A DNA stretch of 64,000 nt from Candidatus Foliamicus sp. (GTDB lineage Bacteria; Pseudomonadota; Gammaproteobacteria; Steroidobacterales; Foliamicaceae), in contig OZ252226.1 in assembly GCA_965249285.1 (NCBI GenBank), forward strand, positions 419,095 through 483,094. The letters are read 5' to 3'. Below the pieces are notes generated by a model, which was given only the letters and a program-made list of their open reading frames with translations, made no database searches and was not told where the DNA came from. The translations under genes were made by a program, and so were the position numbers. Positions 1 through 9,417 of this stretch are shown one piece after another; position 1 is the first letter of the stretch, and the number at the start of each line of letters is the position of its first letter.

Positions 1-363
1 CCGAGCGGCGTTGCGATGCGCCTACCATTTTTTTGAGGCAATGTCCTGGAGCATGACCTTGTCCAGGCTCAAGTCCGCCACCAGGAGCTTGAGCTTGGCG
101 TTCTCCTCCCTCAGCTGCTTCAGCTCGCGGACCTCAGACGCCTCCAAGCCGCCATATTGCTTCTTCCAGCGATAAAAGGTCTGCTCCGCGATCCCCAGCT
201 TGCGGGCAATGTCCGCCGCCGAAACTCCCAGATCATGCTGCCTGACCGCCGCTACGATCTGCTCTACCGAGTAGCGCTTGCGCTCCATCTGACATCCTCC
301 TTCCAGGTTCAGAGTTTGTCAGAAATCACATCCTCCGTGGCCCAGTTTTTGGGTAGACCCTCA
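1..363 (-). mobile_element. IS3-family insertion sequence, partial (continues beyond the left edge)
   Basis: OrfA lies at 22-288. On the minus strand the terminus reads TGAGGGTCTACCCAAAAACTGGGCC and ends at about 363. It resembles the terminus of the second IS3-type element at 17242 (TGAGAAGTGGACCCCAAAATTTGC). Confidence 0.7.
22..288 (-). CDS. IS3-family transposase OrfA (HTH protein)
   Basis: 88 aa. MERKRYSVEQIV...AEQTFYRWKKQYGG followed by a leucine-rich coiled-coil tail is typical of IS3/IS911 OrfA. OrfB would lie beyond coordinate 1. Confidence 0.9.
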   Translation of the reverse strand: MERKRYSVEQIVAAVRQHDLGVSAADIARKLGIAEQTFYRWKKQYGGLEASEVRELKQLREENAKLKLLVADLSLDKVMLQDIASKKW

Positions 364-1152
364 CATGCTGATCCTTGCACATCAACGCTGGCTAGGATCT
401 AGGGGGAAGGTCAATCCGAATTACGGTTAGGCCTCAACATCCGAAATGCCTTGCTTTCCGCCACTTATACAATACAACCTCGGTTCTTATCACGGTAAGA
501 GATCGCATGCTTCGTGTTCTTTTGATCGTTCTGGCTATTCCTGCAATCGGGTTCGGAATTTCGACCTGGATCATCGCCGATGTGAACTCCGGACTTGCTA
601 GTCAGGGATTGCCGTCGATTCAAGTCATTTGCGCCTCGGAGGAAGCGACAGAAGATGCGACTCTTCAAGCCGCATGTTCAGAATTTGACAATATACGGCT
701 ACTACAGCGCTCAAGCACCTATGCAGGACTGTTAGGTCTAGCGATACCCGGTCTGATTTGGTTTGGTTCTCTTTTGGCTGGTTCCAATAGGGCTCGACTG
801 GCCCTTGTTTTCCCGGCCCTGACGCGCCTAGTTCTATTGCTTCTTTCGGTGCTGGTCATTATGCAGGGTGCAATTCTTACCTACGGAGCATATGTAGGTG
901 AGTCTTATGCTTTCGAACGAGTACATTTCGTTCTTATTGGATGTATCGGGATTGGGGCAGCGATTGCGGCAATCGCGTTGGTTCGTGCGGCTTTTTCTAT
1001 TGGCAAGAAACTTCAGACAACGGTTACTGGTTGCACTGTTTCAAAACGCAAAGCTCCTGCTTTGTATGGTTTCATTGGCGATCTTGCGCGTGAGCTGGGT
1101 GCGACTCCGCCAAAGAACATCGTAATTGGCCTGGACCCCAACTTTTTTGTAA

Positions 1153-2568
1153 CGCCACTTCCACTATGAAGTGCAACACCTGTCAGGCGGTGATTTCTCT
1201 CCTGAGTTGGAGCGCAGCATAGCACCCGGTGGGGTTCGGGCGGTGGTTTTCGGAGCGAGGGCGTAGCCCGAGTGGAGAAAAACACCGCCCGAGACCCAGT
1301 TTCGCCGCCGAAGCGGCCCCGCTGAGCCGCCCGCCCGTTACCCGGACACAGCAAAATCAGCCGCCGCCCGGGAAGGCCGCGGACGGATCGGCAGGCCGGT
1401 CAAGCCAGCCCCGCCGGCGGATCCGGGCCCGCCAGCGCCGGCGCGCCGAGAATCGCACGGGAAACACCGGCCGCCTCCAGAGCTTCGCCAAACACTTCCG
1501 CCGGCGTGCGGTAGCCCAACGCCCGCCGGGGACGGCCGTTGAGGAGGTCCTGCACCTGCCGGACCCGGGTATCGTGCAGGTCGGTGAAGTCCGTCGCCTT
1601 GGGCAAATACTGCCGCACCAAGCCGTTGGTATGCTCGTTCAGGCCACGCTCCCAGGAGTGGTAAGGCGTGGCAAAGTAAAACCCCGCCGACAGCCCCGCA
1701 GCCACCTCCCGGTGGCCGGCAAACTCCTTGCCGTTGTCCGCCGTCAACGTGTGCGCCAGCGCCGACGCCGGCCTCAAACACGCCAGGATCGCGCCCCCAA
1801 CCGCAGACGACGTCTTGCGCTCCACCCCACGAAGAAACGTGAACTTCGAGCACCGGTCCACCATCGATACCAGCGCCCCCCGATGCCGCGCGCCTATGAT
1901 CGTGTCCAACTCCCAGTCGCCCACACGGCCCTTGGACTCCACCACCGCCGGACGCTCCGCAATGTCCACCCGGCCCGGTATCACCCCGCGGCCCGCGCCA
2001 CTCCGACCCCGGCGGTTGGCCTTCTTGCCGCGCCGGCGAAGGTTGCGATACAGCGTCCCGCCCGACGCCCGATCCTTCCAGACCTGATGGTAGATCCACG
2101 TCTTGCCCACCGGTCGCCCGCCTTGAAGCCGCAACCGACCGGCAATCTGCTGGGGACTCCACTGCAGGCGCAGCTTCCCTTCAATCCAACTCCAGCGCTC
2201 CGCCGTCAGCTTGCGCGGACGCGACGACGCCAAACGCCGGCGCACCTCCGACCGCCGCTGCGCCTGCCTCATGCGGTAGCCCCGGCGACCACGGTTGCGC
2301 TGCATCTCGCGGCTCACCGTCGAGGCCGACACCTCAAGCAAACGCGCAATGCCCCGAACCGACGCCCCGCTTTTCTTCAGCGCGTAAATCTGGCATCGTG
2401 ACCCGTAGGTCAGGTGATGGTAGCCATTGGCCATCGAATACCCTCCTTCTTCCATATCGGAGAGTATCGCCATCACCTGGCCGCTTCTCAACTCCGGGAC
2501 ACAGAGCCGACTATCCTTTAATCGACAACGGCTCTCATGTAGTGTTGCACTTCAGAGTGGAACGGGCG
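1153..2568 (-). mobile_element. IS30-family insertion sequence, copy A
   Basis: Imperfect ~27-bp terminal inverted repeats: CGCCACTTCCACTATGAAGTGCAACAC at 1153, with the partner ending at 2568. Flanked by the 3-bp direct repeat TAA (1150-1152 and 2569-2571). Encodes a single 363-aa transposase. Confidence 0.9.
1400..2491 (-). CDS. IS30-family transposase
   Basis: 363-aa ORF with an N-terminal HTH (YHHLTYGSRCQIYALKKSG.SVRGIA..LEVSASTVSRE) and a DDE core (WELDTI...TADNGKEF...PYHSWERGLNEHTNGLVRQYLPK). The real start may be the internal MANGYHHL. Confidence 0.9.
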   Translation of the reverse strand: MRSGQVMAILSDMEEGGYSMANGYHHLTYGSRCQIYALKKSGASVRGIARLLEVSASTVSREMQRNRGRRGYRMRQAQRRSEVRRRLASSRPRKLTAERWSWIEGKLRLQWSPQQIAGRLRLQGGRPVGKTWIYHQVWKDRASGGTLYRNLRRRGKKANRRGRSGAGRGVIPGRVDIAERPAVVESKGRVGDWELDTIIGARHRGALVSMVDRCSKFTFLRGVERKTSSAVGGAILACLRPASALAHTLTADNGKEFAGHREVAAGLSAGFYFATPYHSWERGLNEHTNGLVRQYLPKATDFTDLHDTRVRQVQDLLNGRPRRALGYRTPAEVFGEALEAAGVSRAILGAPALAGPDPPAGLA

Positions 2569-3689
2569 TAACAAATGCTGAGGTGGATTGCTTAGTAGAC
2601 GAGAAACTTCTGAGCGGTGAAACACTCTTCGTGTCTGCTCCCCTAACTAGGCTCCTGACGAAAGACGAGTTCGCGGCGGTCGTTGGACACGAACTGGGTC
2701 ACTTTCGTGGCAAAGATACCGTCTTTAGCATGAAATTCGCTCCGGTGTACGCTGGGATGGCTGACGCAATTGGAGCTATGGATATAGAGGGCGAAGAAGG
2801 TGCTTTGGGGTTGGCGAAGATACCTGCACTAGCCGTTCTTTCTTACATGTATGAGAGCTTTTCAAGAAACGAGCGCTCCGTTGCGCGGGAACGCGAGTTA
2901 CTTGCTGACCAAGCCGGGGCAGAAGTGTCTGGCGCGTTCTCCTTGGCAACCGCGCTTACTAAAGTTTCGTTTTATTCTGCAATTTGGCCGTCCACTCAGG
3001 AAAAGAATATCGAGAGACTTAATTCGGGGAAGATTACAAGAAATCTCAGTACGGTGTTTCTCGATTCGGCAAAGTACGATATTCAGCACACACAATTCAA
3101 GGAGATACTTGACGCGGTTCTGGAGGAGAAAATTCCTCATCCGACAGACACGCATCCTACTTTAGCCGAGAGACTTAGTGGACTAGAGATCGCGAGTGAC
3201 GACTTAGACGTGACTGACATTCTGCCACCTGAGCAGAGCGCAATAGAACTACTCGGCAACTACAGGGCAATTGAAGAGCAACTCACACTGTTCGAGCATC
3301 GGCTGCGGGTAACTTTGGGTCAGGTTGTAGTTCCTAAAGAAGCGCAACAGAATCAATTCTTGAACATTATTTATCTGATGGCTGCTGCAATGGCCAGCGC
3401 TGATGGGAAAATAGATCCTGAAGAGATAGGTATGGCAGAAGCAATTGGTGAGAAGCTGATTAGCGAATTTGATTCGGTGGACTTTCGAGAAGCATGCAAG
3501 TCTGGAGATTTGCCAGATTTTGTCGACTTGGTTGATCTACTCAAAGATGTACTTGATCAAGAAATGAAGGACTTGCTCTACAGATACCTTGAGGAAATTG
3601 CGAAGGCCGATGGTCTGGTTTCACCGGCAGAACGAAAACTGCTAGCGGAGCTTTCTAGCGGATTTGGAGTCGCTTTGGGATAGAACGGT

Positions 3690-4031
3690 TCAAGCGGCCG
3701 GTCGAGTTCGAGTGGTTGAGGGGCCCTCATTATTTTGAGACAGGCTCACCTCGCGTGGCGTGCTCTTGCCGGTGCGGTCATGGAACACGAAACCGTCCCC
3801 GTTGGAGGAAAACGCGAAGGGGATGTGCAGCGTTTCGGCTTAGTCGAGCGCCTGCTGCATGCCATCGCCCACGCTGTGGAAATTGTCCTTTGCCTCGATG
3901 ACCGCAATCGGGATGTTCGGCTTGTAGTAGAGGATGTAGTCGGCGCGCTTGGCCTTCCCGTGGGCAACCAGCTTGCCACGGACGATGATGCGGCCTTTGG
4001 TGAAGGATACCTCCTCGCGGATCTGCAGCAT
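3690..4031 (-). pseudogene. hsdR: Type I restriction enzyme R subunit, N-terminal remnant with in-frame stop
   Basis: ORF 3840-4031 reads ...ADYILYYKPNIPIAVIEAKDNFHSVGDGMQQALD. A TAA follows, then the same frame continues AETLHIPFAFSSNGDGFVFHDRTG to a stop at 3690. This is the HsdR N-terminal nuclease region only; the helicase body is absent. Confidence 0.75.
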
Positions 4032-4410
4032 CCCGTCTCACCCAGCGCCTCGCAGGGCGGGCGTGATGAACTTGGTGCAGATGTCGCGCTCGGAGAGGCC
4101 GCGCTTGTCGATCACGGCCAATCCTCCCACCTCTCGTTACGGGTCATCGGTTGATACTTGTTCTTTTCCCCCGGCGCGCAGCTTACCAGAGCCGCTCAAG
4201 CCCGCTGTTTAACCTGAAAACCGATCACGGGAACGGCATGCTGAATTTCAACAACACAGCAGCGTCCGTTTGGGCAAGAATGCGCCTGACTCGCCTCTAA
4301 AGCATGCCCAGTCTTTACGACAACAAACCGGGCACTTAGTCTAGTTGACCAAGTTGAGGGGTGCGAATATGCTCTCAACCACTGGATTCTCTTGAAGTGG
4401 TGGACAAACT

Positions 4411-4866
4411 TTGTTGCGCGCGGATATAGGTATTTTCGATCGGAGCGGCCAGCTCACCGTAGTTGCCGAGATCAAGAACCGGCTTGGAACGTCATGTGAC
4501 TGGGCCGCCAAGACGCGGCGAAACATCCTTGCGCATAACGGCCTGTGCCGGGCTGAGTATTTTTTGCTGATCACACCGGACCGTTTGTATCTTTGGAAGG
4601 ACGGCGGGGCGGAGCCTCATCAGATCCCGCCGACGTATGAGGCTCAAATGAAGTCGGAATTTGCCCGGTATTTTGCGGGCGCCGGAATTGATCCCAGCCA
4701 GGTCAGCAGGCACGCGTTCGAGTTGCTTGTAGCCGCCTGGCTCAGCGACGTGATCCGATTGGAGGGCGAGGCAAAGGATTCTGCCGAGAATAGAAGTTGG
4801 CTTGCCGAAAGTGGATTTCTTGCCGCTGTCAAAGAAGGGCGCATCGAATATGAAGTACCGATGTGA
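4411..4866 (+). CDS. Hypothetical protein, possible PD-(D/E)XK (HsdR_N-like) nuclease fold
   Basis: 151 aa from a TTG start, with an in-frame stop just upstream at 4393. The N-terminus ADIGIFDRSGQLTVVAEIKN fits a D...D-x(n)-E-x-K pattern. The stop overlaps the start of the next gene. No named family recognised. Confidence 0.5.
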   Translation: MLRADIGIFDRSGQLTVVAEIKNRLGTSCDWAAKTRRNILAHNGLCRAEYFLLITPDRLYLWKDGGAEPHQIPPTYEAQMKSEFARYFAGAGIDPSQVSRHAFELLVAAWLSDVIRLEGEAKDSAENRSWLAESGFLAAVKEGRIEYEVPM

Positions 4867-5534
4867 ACGTATACGTTGAATCAAACTTCGTGCTTGAGCT
4901 GGCCTTGCTACAGGAGCAAAGCAGTAGCTGTGAAGAAATTCTCAGTCTGTCTGAAGACGGGCGTATTCGGCTTGTTGTGCCTGCCTATTCATTGATTGAA
5001 CCCTACGAAACGCTTATTCGCAAGCAGAAAGGGCGCAAGCGTCTCGAGCGAAGGTTAAATGCCGAACTTGATCAGATTGCTCGAACTGAAGAACACAGGA
5101 GTCAACTTGACGGATTTAGGGACATAACGGCACTCCTTATACGGGCTATTGACGAAGACACGAAACGCCTCAACGCGGTGAGGTCCCGCCTATTGGAGTC
5201 TGCTTGCGTCATACCGATGGACGCATCAATTTTGAGTGCTGCGCAAGCGTCAGAGCGCGAGCAGAATTTGTCGCCGCAGGATGCGCATATCTACTCCGCA
5301 GTTCTCGGCCACCTAAAGCGAGCTCAACGTCGTGTGAGCTGCTTTCTGAACAAGGATCGCAAAGATTTTGACGAACCGGATATCGTTGATCGGCTCACGC
5401 AATACAGTTGCAAGCTATTACCGCGATTTGATTCGGGGCACGACTACATTCTGCACGCTCCTAGGCTGATGTCACGACCGTTAGGAGTGCTCGTTAGCTG
5501 CATTCGTCAGCATCGGCGCTTCCGCAGCCAGTAG
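4863..5534 (+). CDS. Hypothetical protein, PIN-like domain with charged helical insertion
   Basis: 223 aa. The GTG start overlaps the upstream TGA (GTGA). VYVESNFVLELA at the N-terminus, SPQDAHIYSAVL and CFLNKDRKDF resemble PIN acidic-residue strands. They are separated by a ~60-aa Arg/Glu-rich segment. Confidence 0.5.
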   Translation: MNVYVESNFVLELALLQEQSSSCEEILSLSEDGRIRLVVPAYSLIEPYETLIRKQKGRKRLERRLNAELDQIARTEEHRSQLDGFRDITALLIRAIDEDTKRLNAVRSRLLESACVIPMDASILSAAQASEREQNLSPQDAHIYSAVLGHLKRAQRRVSCFLNKDRKDFDEPDIVDRLTQYSCKLLPRFDSGHDYILHAPRLMSRPLGVLVSCIRQHRRFRSQ

Positions 5535-5653
5535 ATTGCGACAGAATATAGTATATGCAAGCCATTGATCTTAAGAGAAAAATAGAACCAAGATTATAGG
5601 ACTATCATTGCGGAAGATTTCGACACGCGCACGCTGGACAGGCTCGAAGCATC

Positions 5654-6244
5654 ATGAAACTCTATTCGTTCTCACCGACACCCAACAACCGCAAGGTCGA
5701 AGCGTTCATCAAGCACTTCGATCTGCCCGTCGAGATCCACTCGATGGGGTTCCGCGAACAGGAGAACAAGAAGGAGGCCTATCTGCGCATGAACCCGATG
5801 GGCAAGGCCCCGCTTTTGGTGGACGGCGATTTCTGCCTGTGGGAATCGAATGCGATCCTGTGCTATCTCGCAACGCTGCACCCGGCCACGGGCATGTTGC
5901 CCGACGACCCTCAGGGCCGGGCGGATTGTGACCGCTGGCTCTATTGGCAGGCGTTCCACCTGATCAATACGATCATCGCCGTGCGCAGCAAGAGCAGCGA
6001 TGCCAAGAGCGCTGCCAAGAAAGACATCGACCTCAATATCGGTGTCCTCAACGGTCAACTTGAGGGTCGGGAATTCGTCCTCGGCGACCTGTCCATCGTC
6101 GATTTCGCCATCGCCCCGTATCTGCTCGGCCGACACGGACAAGCGATCGACTACGATTCGTTTCCCAACGTGCGGGCCTGGCTGGACCGCTGCAACCAGC
6201 TCGACGGCATCGTCGCGACGGTGTTCAGACCAAGGAAGAAATGA
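5654..6244 (+). CDS. Glutathione S-transferase family protein
   Basis: 196 aa. Thioredoxin-like N-domain (MNPMGKAPLLVDGDFCLWESNAILCYL) and helical C-domain (LGDLSIVDFAIAPYL). Confidence 0.9.
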   Translation: MKLYSFSPTPNNRKVEAFIKHFDLPVEIHSMGFREQENKKEAYLRMNPMGKAPLLVDGDFCLWESNAILCYLATLHPATGMLPDDPQGRADCDRWLYWQAFHLINTIIAVRSKSSDAKSAAKKDIDLNIGVLNGQLEGREFVLGDLSIVDFAIAPYLLGRHGQAIDYDSFPNVRAWLDRCNQLDGIVATVFRPRKK

Positions 6245-6289
6245 TCGCCAACGGGTTGCGTGAGACGACTATTGGGGCGAAGGATCGCT

Positions 6290-7855
6290 CTAGCTGGCGT
6301 CCGGCAAGGCCGGGCGATTGCCCTCGGGCGCGTTGGCCGCTTTCCCTTGTGGCATTTGCAGCCGAATCCCCCGATACTCGGCATCCGCGTCTGTCTCAAA
6401 TGCGTTGCAGGCGCGCAGCTGATCGAACGTCGGCTCCAATGCCTGCCACTGGACCGCGGCGGTGAACTGCTGTGCAAAGTCCAGCATGCGGATCTGCGGC
6501 TCGGCTGCTGTTCGGTGGGATAAGGCGTGCTGCGCGGCAGTGTAGTCGCCGCGATAAACCGTTGGGATCACGATGCGCTCTTCGCCCCCGGCGATCAACT
6601 CCGCATTCATCATTACGCGCGCCAACCGACCGTTGCCGTCCGCGAAAGGATGAACCTCTAAGATCAAGAAGTGCATGAATACGGCGCGATGGAAAGGGGA
6701 TTGCAGGTTGGCGTAGATATCAAACCCCTGCCTGAGGGTTCCGATCACGGCGTCCGGTGCGACAAACACGGTTGAACCGACCCGGTTAGTCTGAGACTTG
6801 AAGGAGCCGGGACTTGCTTCGGGGCGTGCTTGCATCGCTATGGCGTGGCGGTCCCTCAGAATCTCGATCAGCTCATCGGCCGTCTTCGGCGCCCGGCGCA
6901 TTTCCGAGGGGTCGGACACAATTCGCCAAACTCCCAGGATATCGTGCGCATCCGCAGGTCGCTGCTGCGGAATATGTCCGCGGAATACGATATTTGCCGC
7001 TTCCTCGACCTCAAACTCCGTGCCTTCGATGTAGTTGGAAAAATAGGCATCGAAAAACGCCAGCGTTGCACTGCCAATGCCATCGCGCGGCGCCGGAATC
7101 CGGGCCGCTGCCGGGTTATGCTGCAACGCTGCATATAGGCTCTCGAACAGCAGCGCGCGCTCCGGATCGTACGCTTGCCCACGAGCCCTGGCCTGTGCGA
7201 TCGGCGCGGTCAACCTGGCCTCACGGGTGCCGGCCAAGGCGCCGACGAGCTGATTGAATTCGGCCCATTGCTGCATTCGGCCCAGGGCCTCGGCCTCCCG
7301 CCGGGCCTCATCACGCAGCCGGTTGCACGCCTCGACACCCCCGGCAGCAAGCAGGCGCTCCAAGCGTTCCTCGATGACCTTTCGCGACACGGTGCGCGAC
7401 AGCTTGCCACCGCTCGCTCGCGAGGGGCACAGGTTGTCCAAATAGGTGCGCGCTGCCGAACTCATATGCAAGGGCTGACCCATATAGGGACGATCGTTCT
7501 CGCCGGGAGGCGCGCCGCGGCGCACACGCAAGGTGGCGTCGGGCAATTGGATCGTCCGGCCGTGTGGCGCAACCAGGCAAACGGAGCCATCGGCCGCCGG
7601 CTGGCCCTCGAATGCGGTTCGATCAGCCACTACGGCGTTGGGAAAATAACCGGCAACAATGCCCCATAGATTTCGGCGCACGATGGCTTCGGGCGAATCC
7701 TCAAGATTGCGGGTGTAAAGCCGCGTAGCTAGCTTGCGCAAGCGTCCGTCGGCTACGCGGCGCGAAACCTCGGTGCTGATCCGCGCATTAGACACGAACG
7801 CCTCGGGCATCGAATCGACAATGCGGGCTGGGGTTTTTGGAGATGTATCAGGCAT
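6290..7855 (-). CDS. Fic-family protein (AMPylase-type motif) with ~300-aa N-terminal extension
   Basis: Canonical Fic motif HPFADGNGRLARVMMN. An upstream SNYIEG matches the inhibitory-helix motif [S/T]xxxE[G/N]. Start placed at the ATG at 7855 (MPDTSPK...) rather than the ORF-track start at 7948. Confidence 0.85.
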   Translation of the reverse strand: MPDTSPKTPARIVDSMPEAFVSNARISTEVSRRVADGRLRKLATRLYTRNLEDSPEAIVRRNLWGIVAGYFPNAVVADRTAFEGQPAADGSVCLVAPHGRTIQLPDATLRVRRGAPPGENDRPYMGQPLHMSSAARTYLDNLCPSRASGGKLSRTVSRKVIEERLERLLAAGGVEACNRLRDEARREAEALGRMQQWAEFNQLVGALAGTREARLTAPIAQARARGQAYDPERALLFESLYAALQHNPAAARIPAPRDGIGSATLAFFDAYFSNYIEGTEFEVEEAANIVFRGHIPQQRPADAHDILGVWRIVSDPSEMRRAPKTADELIEILRDRHAIAMQARPEASPGSFKSQTNRVGSTVFVAPDAVIGTLRQGFDIYANLQSPFHRAVFMHFLILEVHPFADGNGRLARVMMNAELIAGGEERIVIPTVYRGDYTAAQHALSHRTAAEPQIRMLDFAQQFTAAVQWQALEPTFDQLRACNAFETDADAEYRGIRLQMPQGKAANAPEGNRPALPDAS

Positions 7856-8094
7856 GATTGGGTCGGAAATGATGATAATCTGCGAATAAGACGCGAAATA
7901 TGATGATTCTATAGCTTTAAGGCAGCGGATGGGGTGCGATGTCACCACGCGCCTCGCCGCACCGGCGAGCTATCCCGGCGCCCTGGAACGACTCCGGGCA
8001 TCCGTCCACTTGCGCGACTGGCCGCACGGAGGATACGTTTGCGACTTCCAGTCTGAGGAAACGTGGGCCGAGAGGAACGATCCGGCATCAACAG

Positions 8095-9417
8095 CTACGC
8101 CCCTGGCCCGGGAGCCTTGATCTCCGGTCTTCGTGAATGGGCGAACGCCCGCGCCGGAAGCAGCAGTGTGCCTTGCCGGTCCATGTGTTTCCGGATCTCA
8201 TCGACCTGTTCGTTCGGAATCGGGTAGTGCCGAGCCTTCCGGCCCCATAAGGACGCCGCATCGCATACTTCCTCAACCGCCCGTAGCGCCTTAGCGCGCG
8301 GGATGGATGCGGTGCGCGCCAGATCCAACAGATCGTTGCGGCTGAAATCCTTCCCCTTGCCCTGGACCGTCATGCTGTGATGACCCCTTATACCCGGGTT
8401 ATAGGTCAGATCGTAGGCGGGGGTGTTTGCCCACTCGCCGTCCGGCGACATCCGGAAGGCAAAGTTCTTGGTGTGATCGTCGCGGTTGCCGCTAACGATG
8501 TTGAATGCCATACGGCGGAAAAGTTCCGTCTTCTCTGCATGCGACCGGGTCAGCAGGTCGCTGAGCTTGAACAGGTCCAGATAATCGAAATCCGGCAGCC
8601 GATAGTTGGCGTGCGCCAGGCCGGCAACGCTGTGGACATGGCGCCGCCGATTGCCCGGCCGGCGGTCGAAGCGGCGGGTGAGGAAGTAGGCATTGCCTTC
8701 TCCCCGCCCAGGAACAAGGCGGGTTTCCATCATGCGTATCCCGGCCGTGCGGGCCATTTCCGAGAACAGGTATTCGATCGCGCCGGCGGAGCGGGCGTGG
8801 GGCGCATCGCCGGTCGGAAACTTCGCCAGCCAGTGGCTGTAGCCTTCGGGGAGATCCTCGGCGCCGGCGATTACCGAATCGTCGGAATCGGAAAGCCCGA
8901 TGAGAAATTTCGGACGTGCGCCGCCGGATGGCGAGGCGTGGCGCACAAACTCCTCAAGCACTTGGCCGACCTCCCCCCGGTATTGCCGAGTGGCCTCGAT
9001 CCCGATCACGGGGAGGTCCAGCAATGCGGGTTTGCCAGAGCCCGATGCGCCCGTGTCCGGCGCATACGACAATGCGCCCATTGTCCGCGAGCCGACCATT
9101 GCCAAGCGATCAAGAGGCGAAACGGCATGCGGCTCAATCCCCCGCTGGCGGAATAACCGATCCATCAAGAGCCTGCCCCAGCCGTCCGGTAACGAATCGG
9201 CGAACAAGCCATGCAATCCCTCGAACGGATCCGGCGGCGCCGCTTGCAGGCCGGCTTCGAACTTCAGGCGAAGAGGCGACAGAGAGATGCCCCGCCGCAA
9301 GAACCCGGGGTCCAGTTCGACGTGCGTATGCTTATCCCCGCGCCCGTAGCCCAGGCGCCCCGCCAGCACAGGCTCGGCCGCATCGAACCCGTGGAAATAA
9401 ACGCGCAATTCGTTCAC
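8095..9417 (-). CDS. hipA: HipA-family kinase toxin
   Basis: 440 aa. HipA N-terminal couple region (LSPLRL...FADSLPDGWGRLLM) and kinase core (GNRDDHTKNFAF). Confidence 0.9.
   Translation of the reverse strand: MNELRVYFHGFDAAEPVLAGRLGYGRGDKHTHVELDPGFLRRGISLSPLRLKFEAGLQAAPPDPFEGLHGLFADSLPDGWGRLLMDRLFRQRGIEPHAVSPLDRLAMVGSRTMGALSYAPDTGASGSGKPALLDLPVIGIEATRQYRGEVGQVLEEFVRHASPSGGARPKFLIGLSDSDDSVIAGAEDLPEGYSHWLAKFPTGDAPHARSAGAIEYLFSEMARTAGIRMMETRLVPGRGEGNAYFLTRRFDRRPGNRRRHVHSVAGLAHANYRLPDFDYLDLFKLSDLLTRSHAEKTELFRRMAFNIVSGNRDDHTKNFAFRMSPDGEWANTPAYDLTYNPGIRGHHSMTVQGKGKDFSRNDLLDLARTASIPRAKALRAVEEVCDAASLWGRKARHYPIPNEQVDEIRKHMDRQGTLLLPARAFAHSRRPEIKAPGPGA

Larger units (their letters stand above)
507..3683 (+). 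pseudogene. M48-family (HtpX-like) zinc metallopeptidase with C-terminal TerB-like domain, split by IS30 copy A (fragments 507-1152 and 2572-3683)
   Basis: The N-terminal fragment is polytopic and ends ...LDPNFFVT. The C-terminal fragment resumes NAEVDCLV. It carries the HEXXH motif (VVGHELGHF) and two TerB-like repeats (SADGKIDPEE, KADGLVSPAE). Deleting the IS plus one TAA copy joins ttt ttt gta aca aat gct in frame (FFVTNAEV). Confidence 0.8.

Noticed and set aside
1229-2401. Long ORFs overlapping the IS30 transposase genes (1229-2401 +, 1338-2162 -, 1728-2087 +; likewise 34107-35147 -, 34595-35182 + in copy B)
   Set aside because: They are Arg/Pro/Ala/Gly-rich and lie antisense or out of frame to a well-supported transposase in very GC-rich DNA. 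These are typical stop-poor shadow ORFs, not genes.
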